A DNA stretch of 64,000 nt, taken from positions 1 through 64,000 of IMG/VR virus record IMGVR_UViG_3300020179_000005; one strand, given 5' to 3'. Position numbers and translations under genes: made by a program. This document shows, in pieces, positions 42,201 through 53,000 of the stretch. Positions within the stretch are counted from its first letter, which is position 1, and every line of letters begins with the position of its first letter. The notes under the pieces are model-generated. The model made no database searches. It saw only the letters and a list, made by a program, of their open reading frames with translations, and was not told the origin of the DNA.

Positions 42201-44069
42201 CCGTCTGAATTGAACACTTTTATTAGATTATATTCTGGACTAGATGGACTATTTTGTGAATAATAATTTTTTACTATAAAATCTTCCCTATCTAGATAAG
42301 AGAAATTTTTGAAAAAAACAGAAGGCGTAGCGTATTGATCATGGGCTTTTAAGTCTATTTCATATACAAGGTTTACTCCACCATTTGAAGAAGGGTTTAA
42401 CTTGTTTGGATTATTTGCGTCTGGGTCTGGAACGTTGGGATGATAATATTGGCCGAAATAGACGATTGGAATTTTTATTGGAGAGTACACATCAGTAAAC
42501 GACAAAGCTTTATATCCCGATGCCTGAAAATATCCCTCGAAAGAAACCGTAGAATAAGAATCATTTTCTACAAAAACCATTAGATCTTCTAAGTCTCCGA
42601 CCCCTGTTTGAAAATAATTTTGAGTGGCCCTTTCCGAATCGTATACTGAAGGTATTGTGGTGATTCCCTCGTGATTAATTCCCGCTACGTCCCATATTCC
42701 ATCTTCCCAATTAACGTATCCGTAAGTAAAAGGATATTTTTCATTGATTGACTTTCCAAATTCAAACAGTTTATCTTCAGGAACTCTGCTAAATTTTATA
42801 TATGGAGTAGAAGATTCTATCTCTGAAATTTCTAATATCTCCGGAGTGGCTCCAAGATAGTTGGAATCTGGCGTAGCTCCATAGGCCCTCCAAATATCAA
42901 GCTCTCTTCTTAGAGTTCTTTTCAAGCCCTCTACATCGGTTGACGGAATGTTATTATATACATCTAATATTCTTTTTTTATAGTTTACATTGTTTTCCAG
43001 AAACAATCTGCCCAATCCTACTTTTGCGCCAAATTCATCAAACTCATTGAACAATAAAATCGGTTGTTGACTGTAAGCTATTCCATCTATATCTAGAATT
43101 TGAAATTTCCTTAACGTAATTATTTGATTATCTATTATGTCATGATAATAGGCGTAATCCGTTTTCTTATATCCATAAAGCTCATTAATAGATCCGGTCC
43201 TAGAGAGTGCAATGGAATCTCCACTTACTTTTATTGCAGCATTTGGGGCTGCATATGACACATATATCCAATCAACAGAATCTTCATTTGCTGTAGATAT
43301 AAATGCGTCCAAAGATTGAAGGCTGAGAGCCGAATTAATATTTTCTAAATGTTCTCCAATCAGAGAGTTTAGAAATTTTCCTCCAACAGAAATAGGAGTT
43401 GCTAATTCTGGAGTAGCTCTTTCTAATGAATCCTCATACAAAGATGTCCAACTAGGAAAATTACTTAGTATAGACCTGGCTGAATCGGATATAGTTGGAA
43501 TACTAATGTCATGAATTAAGACGTCCAAAAACAACAGCAGTCCGAAATCTGATATTGCTTCCGGATTTTCAAAGAAGATTGTCAACTCTAATTTTATATA
43601 TCTTTTACAGTTTGTTAAAAATATTACGCCAGAATTGTTAGAAAACTCTGATGGCATCCATGGGCCGTTAGATGTGTCAGATTCATATACCTGAAGATTA
43701 AATGTGGGTTCCAAAGTCCCTAAATAATTGGTAAATTGAGCCTTAAAAGATACTAGGTCAACCCTGGATGAATAATCTATAAATCTATACAAATTTGGAG
43801 TTGAGTCTTCATATATTATTTCGCCATAGTTTGTTACGTAGATTGCGTTATCATCTAACGGCGTCGAATGGTTACCGCTATATGATGGCGACGTTAATTC
43901 TGTTCCAACAAAGACAAAATCACCTAAAAGATTCAAGCCACTTTCAGATCTTTTGTAGCAAAAGTTTTTATAGAACCCGTTATTATATAAGTTGATGGGA
44001 TCAGTTGTCCAAACGTTTCCGATTTTTGTTAAAGTCTGCGCTTCGTAGACCCAACAGATAGTTTTTCAT
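39254..44069 (-). CDS. Giant virion/baseplate-associated protein (~1604 aa after one +1 shift)
   Basis: ATG at 44069 with AAGGA RBS; CGG at 44019-44021 links to ORF 39254..43936; FDEFGAKVGLGRL...NYKKRILD resembles baseplate/tail-protein-I-type motifs; Ig-like segment near the C-terminus. Confidence 0.65.
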
Positions 44070-44085
44070 CTCTGATCCTTTTAAT

Positions 44086-45345
44086 TTACTCTAACCAAAT
44101 TGAATACTCAGAAGTTACTCCATGCTCTGGGTGAATGTACATTAGGTGTTGGCAGGCTCTGCCCATAGAGGAAAAGAACTCCTGCGCATATGTATTCCCG
44201 CTTTCTGGTGAACCGGATATTCTAAGCATTCCGCTTCCTATTGTCATCTTAAACTGTTGGTGATAATGCCCCATGAATACATCGTCAAAATGCTCAGGAA
44301 TAGCGCCATCTTTCCAGCCCATTACTTTTTTATAGTAAGCGTGATAAGAACTTGGTGACGGTAATTGATCGCCGTGTATCAACAAACTACCATAATCACC
44401 TATTGTATCTACTGCGTACCAGTTTCTTTCTCCTCTCCCGTCGGGGATATTGAAACTGATTCTTTCCTCTTTATCAAAGATGAGTTCAAGTATCTTATAT
44501 AGTAATCTATCCATATTTGTTTCTGGATCATGAGACTTTCTCATCTTTCCGCCAATAGCCCCATGATTTCCTATGATGCCGATAACATGTACTCGTTTAA
44601 AGTTTTCTAATGCAGTAGTCAAAAACTTAGACAGTATTCTTGGGCCATTTATACCAACCTGCCTATAAAGACCCGAATCAATTAAGTGAGATTGACCAGC
44701 GAAAATTTCTTCTCCTTCAACTATATCGCCAAGCAGCCATACATGAAGATCGTCTACGCTATGATCCATTCTTTGAATCTCGGTAATTTCAATTAATTTC
44801 TCCGTGTATTGCTCTATTCTTTGCTCTAACACGTCAGTGTTATAACTGGCCGTAATTTTACCCATTTGCCAGTCAGAAAAAACTGCAACGGCGGTCTCCG
44901 GAGTTTTATGTTTAGAAGAAGCCTTGATTGAGGGCTGTTTTATTTTTGGTAGTTCAAAATTAGAGAAAACATCGAAAGCAGCTTGATATGCTGCTACCAC
45001 AACTTCGTGTTGAACATTTTTGTGTTTATCTACTAGTTTAGCCAATCTTCTATTTTCTGATCTAAGAAAATCGTTCCTAGAATCAGAAACCATAGACGCC
45101 AATTCGGAACTTCCGTCCTGCTCGTAGGAGTCTTCAGATTGAATTTCCATAACAGACGATTGACTATATGATCCATCTTTTTCGTTTATATAATCAACTA
45201 TTTCTTCATCTGTTATCTCAATAATATTTAAGTCTTCATTCAAAATGTCACCCTTGCCAACGTTTTCAAACACCAAGTTTTTTGCCTGTGAAACATTAGG
45301 GGCGCGCACTATATAGGTATTAGTTATTACGAAATTTTTTTCCAT
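44086..45345 (-). CDS. Calcineurin-like metallophosphoesterase
   Basis: FSDWQMG, LGDIVEG, GNHG, HGD, MGHYH. Confidence 0.85.
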   Translation of the reverse strand: MEKNFVITNTYIVRAPNVSQAKNLVFENVGKGDILNEDLNIIEITDEEIVDYINEKDGSYSQSSVMEIQSEDSYEQDGSSELASMVSDSRNDFLRSENRRLAKLVDKHKNVQHEVVVAAYQAAFDVFSNFELPKIKQPSIKASSKHKTPETAVAVFSDWQMGKITASYNTDVLEQRIEQYTEKLIEITEIQRMDHSVDDLHVWLLGDIVEGEEIFAGQSHLIDSGLYRQVGINGPRILSKFLTTALENFKRVHVIGIIGNHGAIGGKMRKSHDPETNMDRLLYKILELIFDKEERISFNIPDGRGERNWYAVDTIGDYGSLLIHGDQLPSPSSYHAYYKKVMGWKDGAIPEHFDDVFMGHYHQQFKMTIGSGMLRISGSPESGNTYAQEFFSSMGRACQHLMYIHPEHGVTSEYSIWLE

Positions 45346-45363
45346 ATTTGAACCTACTGTTGA

Positions 45364-46533
45364 TTATAAATTGTACTGACCAATTATAGCAGCATAAATA
45401 GCTATGTTGCCAGCACCTGGATACAGTTTATCGCTTAAGGGGGTAAAATCTGCCAAAGGCAGATCCTTTCCATCTGCGTTGAATGTATTGATCGAAACGC
45501 CCCTTATGTAATCAGAAGACTGTCGTATTTGTCTTTCTATTTCGGATATAGAAATGGTGTCTCCTATTGTCAAAGAATTTAAATATCTTTTTACAAAAAG
45601 TGAAGCCTGGTTTTTTATGCCGGCTGCAAGCACATCGTCCACAGAATTGGACAGGGAAATAGTGGCAGAAAGGTTTATCTCTATTTTTTCTGCCAACCTA
45701 ACATTAAATCTTACTCCAGCTGGTCTAACAGAAGCAATTGACGACAATATAACCTCTGGCATCTGCTGTATTGCGGATAAAGTCTCTGGAACAACTATAA
45801 TATCGCAAGACCCTATTCCATACGAACTTTCTCTAATTCTTACGTCTCTAACTCCCTTAATTGATAATACCGCAAATCTAACTGATTCGGTGGTTCCTGC
45901 GGCCCTGGTTTTGATAGAGGCAACTATTCTTCTTCTATAGTTTTCGTCTCCCTCAGAATTAATTTTTGAGTAAACTTCTTTTGTATTTTTGCAAAAAATA
46001 ACTACACCAGGAGGGGCAATAAAATTATGTATTGTTAAAGAATTTTTTGGAGCAACATACGCGTTATCCTCAAAATCTGGCATGATCATACCATATGCCC
46101 TTGTTGCTCCTGGCGGTATTACAACTTCTCCATTTAATTTATATCTATACTGTCTACCAGAAAAATTTTCTATATTGTTATAAACAAGAGTTTGTGATGG
46201 CACGACAACTGCTTGACTGTGCGGTTTTTGTATAAAAAATTCAATATTAAAAGACTGTCTTTCTGCGGCGGCGGAATCAGAAATCTGCTTTCTTGTTACG
46301 CCATAGAGTTCGCCTATCAAATCAAGGCTTCTGCCAGAAGCCGTAGACAATCCACTTTGTCTAAATGTAAAATTTAATGAGGCATAAAGATCAGATATTT
46401 GAGAGCTTATTGCTTCAGCAAATGCTCTTGCTATTGATCCAGGATAAATTGCCGTTATGCCAGCATCGGTCTCTAATGAATTGAGAATAGAAATTAAAAT
46501 TTCTTCTTTTTCTTTTGCGCCGTAAACAACCAT
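45364..46533 (-). CDS. Baseplate J/gp47-like protein
   Basis: TASGRSLDLIGELYGVTRK; EGDENYRRRI...AAGT.ESVRFAVLSIKGVRDV. Confidence 0.85.
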   Translation of the reverse strand: MVVYGAKEKEEILISILNSLETDAGITAIYPGSIARAFAEAISSQISDLYASLNFTFRQSGLSTASGRSLDLIGELYGVTRKQISDSAAAERQSFNIEFFIQKPHSQAVVVPSQTLVYNNIENFSGRQYRYKLNGEVVIPPGATRAYGMIMPDFEDNAYVAPKNSLTIHNFIAPPGVVIFCKNTKEVYSKINSEGDENYRRRIVASIKTRAAGTTESVRFAVLSIKGVRDVRIRESSYGIGSCDIIVVPETLSAIQQMPEVILSSIASVRPAGVRFNVRLAEKIEINLSATISLSNSVDDVLAAGIKNQASLFVKRYLNSLTIGDTISISEIERQIRQSSDYIRGVSINTFNADGKDLPLADFTPLSDKLYPGAGNIAIYAAIIGQYNL

Positions 46534-46914
46534 TTATGCTCCTAAGCTTTGATTAACCGAAATGGTTACTGGTTGATTTGTGTCTGTTATGATATGAACA
46601 TCAAACCTTATAGAATTTTTTGAGGTTGGAACTGAGGTTATTTGTATATTTCTTCCAGCAAAAATATCTTCTTTTTCAAGAGCAGCCCTTATCATTTGGG
46701 ATCCGTAATCTCCTGTCTCTTGGCATTGAGGCATACCGTACAATGAAGATAGATCAGTTCCTAGGGAAGGATAGATTTTAAAGTCGCCGGGTTCAGTCAT
46801 AAGCCTTAGGTAAACTTGTTGAATATCGTCTTGAAGGTTGGAATTTGTGAGTGCAATATCTTTTCCTCCATTTATCAAAAAATCACCAGACATCGTTAAG
46901 TGTATATCAGACAT
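46534..46914 (-). CDS. Baseplate wedge gp25/XkdS-like protein
   Basis: IQQVYLRLMTEPGDFKIYPSLGTDL; immediately upstream of baseplate J. Confidence 0.7.
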   Translation of the reverse strand: MSDIHLTMSGDFLINGGKDIALTNSNLQDDIQQVYLRLMTEPGDFKIYPSLGTDLSSLYGMPQCQETGDYGSQMIRAALEKEDIFAGRNIQITSVPTSKNSIRFDVHIITDTNQPVTISVNQSLGA

Positions 46915-47548
46915 TTTTTATCTCATCTGCCTTGCTTTTTGCTTGAGAAAATTCATATCCTTCTTTTAATAAATCGATTAAATATTCAATATATTCTGCG
47001 GAGTGTTCTTTAAGAATATTATGTACAATCATTTTATTTTTTTCAGAAAGGCCTTCTGTAGAAATTAAAGAATCATATTTTTGGTTATTATTTAATTCCT
47101 CAAAGCCTAGTCCATAATCACCTTTTATAGTAATGGGAATTTGAATATCTTTTTCTTCTAAATTCTTTAACTTTGCCAAATAATGCTCAGCGTTATTTTG
47201 AGCCGAGTTTATCGTTTTTGTGTCTAATTGAACTAGTGTTGGCTGCGAATAATCATATGCTGAATAATTAAAATTAAAGTTATTCCATCTTAATCCATTT
47301 TCTGAACAAAACATTCTTATTTTATCTGCAAAAAATGATATTGACCTACCACTTGCACTTATGACTATCCCCACTCCAGAGGTTGCAAATATTTCTATAT
47401 CTCCTTCGTCATTGAGTCTAATAAAGGAGTTATTGTCTGGATGATTAAGGCCAACTTCTCTTCTTGAAAATTCGTTCCTCCTAGTTAATTCGTCGGATAC
47501 AGAAAATTCATAATTAGATTGTGTTAGATTGCTGCGCTGTTCGTACAT
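46907..47548 (-). CDS. Possible baseplate spike (gp5/gpV-like) beta-strand region protein
   Basis: SFIRLNDEGDIEI...GIVIS...ISF repeats of short beta strands; baseplate context. Confidence 0.4.
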   Translation of the reverse strand: MYEQRSNLTQSNYEFSVSDELTRRNEFSRREVGLNHPDNNSFIRLNDEGDIEIFATSGVGIVISASGRSISFFADKIRMFCSENGLRWNNFNFNYSAYDYSQPTLVQLDTKTINSAQNNAEHYLAKLKNLEEKDIQIPITIKGDYGLGFEELNNNQKYDSLISTEGLSEKNKMIVHNILKEHSAEYIEYLIDLLKEGYEFSQAKSKADEIKNV

Positions 47549-47550
47549 GA

Positions 47551-47919
47551 TTACCTCGACATATACTTAGGTATGCCCGTATTGACGGTATAGTTTCTAT
47601 CATAACTAGATGATATTTCTGGTTGATCAAAGTAAAATGCAACATAACCACTGCTTTCATTGTCATCCCTAAATTGAACAAAACACCTAGTGCCGGGCTC
47701 AGGAGCCACAGACTGAACCCCAACAGTAACCGGGCACGGTACGTCATGCATAATGTTTCCCGTTAGAGTTGACATTTGATCATCCAACACTATTGAAGCA
47801 GTGTTGTCCTTTATGCTATAGGACATTATAACACCAGGCCTACCCTTACCCTGTTTCATTTTTGATTGATCTATTTGATTTTGTATCTTATGATCAAATT
47901 TAGGATAATTAATGGGCAT
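47551..47919 (-). CDS. Possible OB-fold baseplate spike/hub-associated protein
   Basis: GVIMSY...VPCPV..GVQSVAPEPGTRCFVQF pattern typical of gpV N-terminal domains. Confidence 0.45.
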   Translation of the reverse strand: MPINYPKFDHKIQNQIDQSKMKQGKGRPGVIMSYSIKDNTASIVLDDQMSTLTGNIMHDVPCPVTVGVQSVAPEPGTRCFVQFRDDNESSGYVAFYFDQPEISSSYDRNYTVNTGIPKYMSR

Positions 47920-50012
47920 AGTGTTTTCCTCCTAGCCAATTTTCTAAATAACTTTTTTGATTTGAAGAATCTATCCTTAATGTTGGAGAAGTGCTTATTG
48001 TGTTTTGTCTAATCCAATTTTTTAAATCTTCTTCTTTTTTTCCGGGTCATCTTAATATATACGGATGAAGCATCAGAGAAATTCGTTGCGGTGATCCAAC
48101 CCTTTTGCCCTTCTTTATCCCAATACCCATCACCCCAAGCGGACACTCTATTGCTTAAGCCGTCTACTGCCTGTTTACTACTCTTAAATCCCATTTTTGA
48201 TCTAACTAAATCTATTTGATTTGCTATATTCCAACATCTTCTATCAAAAAGATCCAGTCGAATATTTTCTTTTTCGCATCTTTGATTTATATATGATTTT
48301 ATTTGTTCCTCTGTTAGATTCTCATTAGCCTTATCTGGTAAAGCTAATTTCCAATAAATTATATTTTCTTTTTTGGGAAAAGATATGTATGCTGTTCCCA
48401 TTCCACCGTCTTTTGGCACGGTAGAAATCTGCCAGAGACCTATAGCTCCATGTGTTCGTTGCGCAATGTAAACTTTTCTTTGAGACTCTCTCACAGAAAT
48501 TGCCACAAAACACGAGGCTAACTCAGGGGTAAATAGTCCATATTGAACTAAGGCACTATACAGTATATTGGGCTCAACGCTTGCATGGTTTGCGGTGTAA
48601 TCTTTTGTAAATTCATTTAATTCAATTGCTCTTTCGGCTCTGTCCGCCGGCAATCCAACAATTCCAGGAGGATAACCAGCAGATTTGGGGGCCCTGAAAA
48701 AAGTTTCGAGTTGTCCGTTTGGACCAGTGTATATACCGCCCCTGGTTGCGGCAAAGCTAAAATGTATATGGTTATTATGGGCTCCACTAGTATCTCTTTT
48801 AACTTTGAGATGTCCTAAATTAGGATATTTGGTTGCAATTATGGAAGTTGAATTGTTGTAGGTGTCGTACTCTTCACCGGTATAGCTGGCCGAAATAGCC
48901 ATGTAATCAGGAACCAAATGCTGCGGCATCGCGTTAAACTTGGTTAGCAGAAGGTGGAGCTGATAATCATATCCTTGTTTAGAATTTATGTTCGTTATTC
49001 TTCTTAGGTATTTTCTTTCAACTTGATCCATTGCGGTTTGATAAAGATTCATTATGTCAAATGCTCTGCCGAATGCGTGATCGGTTATACTATTGCCTTG
49101 CGCTCCAGAGCTTCTGGGCTTAGAACCGTCGGTGCCATCTTGTCTAAATGTTCCAAATCCGCCCCAATAACCATCTATTGTTAGGGGAGGACCAAACGAA
49201 GTTGAAGCTAGGGCCATTAAACACTCAATTAAACTTGCACTTATAAAAGCTTTTTCTGAAGCAGACCTGACCAGGGCCTCGTTTATTTTTCTTTCAATCG
49301 TATCTGCCGTGCCTTCATAAAGTTTGGAGTTTGGAACGTCATATTCAGCCGCCAAATTGTTGTCTTTGATATCAAAAAAGAATCCATTTTTTAAAACATT
49401 TATATCACCTTTTGACAATCTGACATGTTTTGAAAGCAGTTCTCCTCTTTGAGAGTAATAAGTTTTTTGTAAATCAGTCAATCTTGAACTAAGGGCAACA
49501 TCCATATATTTTGTTGCCACGGCACCGGGTGCCGATTCATAATCCTGCCAAACATGAGGAAGATTATTTGTCCCAACAGAATAAGCTGCAGTTTTAGATG
49601 CGGTATTATAGGTGGCATTTAAAGCTGTTGATACATCGTTAAGCAATCCCCTATCACTACCCTGTCGCCCCAGACCGCTTTGTAAAAGTATATTTGCAGC
49701 AACAGCCTCTGCTTCTTCGCCATCAGCAGTTAACTGCCCCTCAAGCATTGTTGCTAAGAGTCCTTTGTAGTTTTCTTTTATTAAATTAGATCTATATACG
49801 TTTTGATAAACAGGATTTTTAAAAAGATACTTTCCGGAGGCAGCCGACAACAAATCCGGAGTAGTCAATGTTCTTCCGGTATACGCTCTTTGAGATTGAG
49901 AGGTGGCAACTACAGCCTTGCCATTTCTGGGCACTATGTTGTTTACTATGCTCATTGTAAATGATTTAGAATCATTTAAAACATTTTTGTTGAATTCATA
50001 AAAAGAAGTCAT
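47909..50012 (-). CDS. Virion-associated cell-wall hydrolase: M15-like peptidase plus lysozyme/SLT-like domain (~700 aa after one +1 shift)
   Basis: TDHAFGRAFD...HNNHIHFSF; AISVRES...GAIGLWQI; CGG 48042-48044 extends the C-terminus to overlap the next gene. Confidence 0.6.
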
Positions 50013-50026
50013 AATTTATTCCTTTG

Positions 50027-53000
50027 CTAATAACCTTTTTTGTTCACTTTTTTGCCCGCGGCAACAGTATCTTTGGCTTTAATAACAGATGGGCCTTCAA
50101 TCCTGACTACGTTATCGACATAAACATTTGCCAAATTATTCACTACAAGCTCCCAATTCAAGGTATAGGGAGTTCCGTCATTATAGTACTCGTCCCAAAG
50201 CACTAATGGCCACTTAGAGGAAATTCTATGTAGTTCTTCGGCGATTTTTATTTCAACCAATATAGAATACAGCTTCTTGGCTTTTGCAGAGTCTGTTATT
50301 AGGCTGTCATTTATTCCGAATGTATAGTCTTTGACTTTAATTTTACTTTCAATTCTTTCTTTTATAATATTGAAATTTCCTCCTCGTGAAAGGAACGAAT
50401 TACTAGAAAGCGATTTGGAAAATTCAGATTCAACAATATTTAAGTCATACTTATGCTGAATAAATAGAGAGTGTACATAAGATTTTATTTTTTCCAATGC
50501 TTCTTCAGAAGTTTTGTAGAAGATCGTTGCTAAAGTTCTGTCATTAAAGATATCTTTTGTGTATCTATCTTGATTTTTGCCTGACCCGAATCTATTAGGA
50601 TCGTAAAAACTGTCATCAACTTGAGCGGTCATGCTTCCATCAGTCTTTTCTTTTATTCTTAAAAGGAATACTCTGTTCTTCAAAGAATTGTAGGTAAAAT
50701 ATGTGCTTCTTAAACTGGGAGAAGTTGCTGAAGCTATTAAGTTGTTGTCAGCTAGTGCTTCCTCTTTATCGCTTGTGGATATTACTGATAATTCTGGAGT
50801 ATCTATGCCCTCAAGGCGAACTGTAAATTTTGCTGATGACAATATATCTCTAACATGTATTGTGTCACCATCTATTACTCCAGATTTTTCTTTTACTTGC
50901 TTTACCGATAGAGAAGGGGAGGGATTAGAAGAATCTTGCTCAAGTGCTAAACCTTGTGTCGTATCTAAAATACAAAGAACTTTAAAAAATGGCTCAAAAC
51001 CTGTTTTTTCTGGGCCTAAACCAGAAAGATCTAAAACCCTACTATGGATTGCGGCATTTTCGTAGCTTACGTGTCTTACAAGTTCTTTAATTTCAACTTC
51101 TTTCCATCCTAAATTCTTCAACAAATCATCAGTTCTCAAATAAAAATTTCCCTCTGAAGTAGGAACTTTTTTTCTATATCCAAGTATTCCCGGAAGCAGG
51201 GCTTTTGAGTGATATCTTCCTACTACCATTCCCTGATTATAGGAGAGTCCGGCGTCCATTGGTTGACCATTCTTATTTAGATATTGCACATATGCGCCGT
51301 GTTGATCCAAAAGATTATCCCTGACCCAAGTCCAACCCTTCCATATTAAATGGCCAAATATTGGAATCGCTTGAGATACTCCCAGAGCAATAGCTGTAGC
51401 TCCTTTTAGCTGTCCATTATTACCGTTAATTTGTGCCTTTTTTGATACTTCTTCCATAAAAGAAGAACTAGATGGATCATCAAAAGCCCCATATGTCATA
51501 GCGGCTACCGTATCTTTTATAACAGCAGAAGCTCCGTGGGTATACTGTATTCCTCCCATCATTTGAGATTCAAGATTATCAGAAAGTGCGTCTAAAGAAA
51601 CTCTTCCACCAGAAGATATTCCAGTATTACCGCCCTGAATTGAACCAATATATATTCTTGTATCATTTCTAATTGCTTGAGTATTCATCCAAGAATGAAT
51701 CCAGGAAGTCATAAACCACTTTGCTGGATCGTTGACTGTAACTAATGCGTTGGGAGTTATCGATGTTACAAAACCAAGTTCAGAAGTAAAATGATGTATG
51801 ACTTGTTCGACTTCAAACATACCGTACATTCTTTCATAAACGTCTGCTAGATACACTAAATCGTGCGGCCTTATGTCTGGATTACCAATTACCAAAAGCT
51901 CTCCACCATAGATATCTTTTATGTTTTCTTTTAGGTGGGCTAATCCTATTCTTCTGGCCAACAGCTCGTCTGGAGAGCCAGTTAGATTTTTCATCATTCC
52001 CCTAGTCGCTTCAAACGGATGCAATATTGGATGCAATATACCAAGAAATCCTTCTCCTATTGGATTGTCAAAATATATTCCAGTTTCAACAGTTGACTCT
52101 GTTTGTTTATCTGCTGGAGCCCCCTTGTCTAGCGCAACGGTAACCGGGAATCTTCCGTCCGATACGGCGGTAATTACCGTGGAAACATTTTGAGTTGTTT
52201 CCATTATTTGATTGCTCAAAATATGGCTAAATGAACTTAGGTAATGCATTCTTTGAAATGGTTCTCTAATTTCTACAACTGGTTCTCCGTATTCTCTAGT
52301 GAATGGATTGTCAACCGCCCTCAATATAGAGCCATTTCTACCAAGTGAGTAATATATGGAATCATTTAAGGCTTTATTTAGTATATTTGCCTGCTTAGAC
52401 AGCTGAGCTACTTCAGACAATCCATAGCCCGTCTGCAACATACCGGTTTTGATCAGCGAAAGTAATCCATCTAGAGCCGTACCAACTGCACCAAGGAGTA
52501 CTCCAATACTATTGTCCCAACGATTTTCTATGGTTTTAGCGGTTTTACTAAAGATGTTTCCCGCGTCACTACCTTGACCCTTATACTTAAGCAATAATTG
52601 TTTGAACTCTTTATCTTTATTAGATTTTGCGTACTCTGAATATGGATTGATAAACGCCGCAAATATTTTATCAACCTCTTTAAAATCCCATTCATCGCCA
52701 ATTGCTCCAAATCCTATGCCTATTTTTCTTGATGGCTTAAGAACAAGCCAAGCTCTTGAGTAAGGATCGTTCCAAAGCTTATTCCTAAATGCTCCAACTA
52801 AAGTTAAAAACAAATCTCTGGGAGATTTTATAAATACCCCTGAATCTATTATGCCTGCTGCTTTTCTTATTTCTTCATTATCAGTCGCTATAAAATTTTG
52901 TTTGAATTTATTAATTTTGTCATAGGTAAGCTTATTGTAATATGATATTAATCCATCTTTTTCAATCGGCGCATCTATAAAGTTCTTCCTAACATATTCT

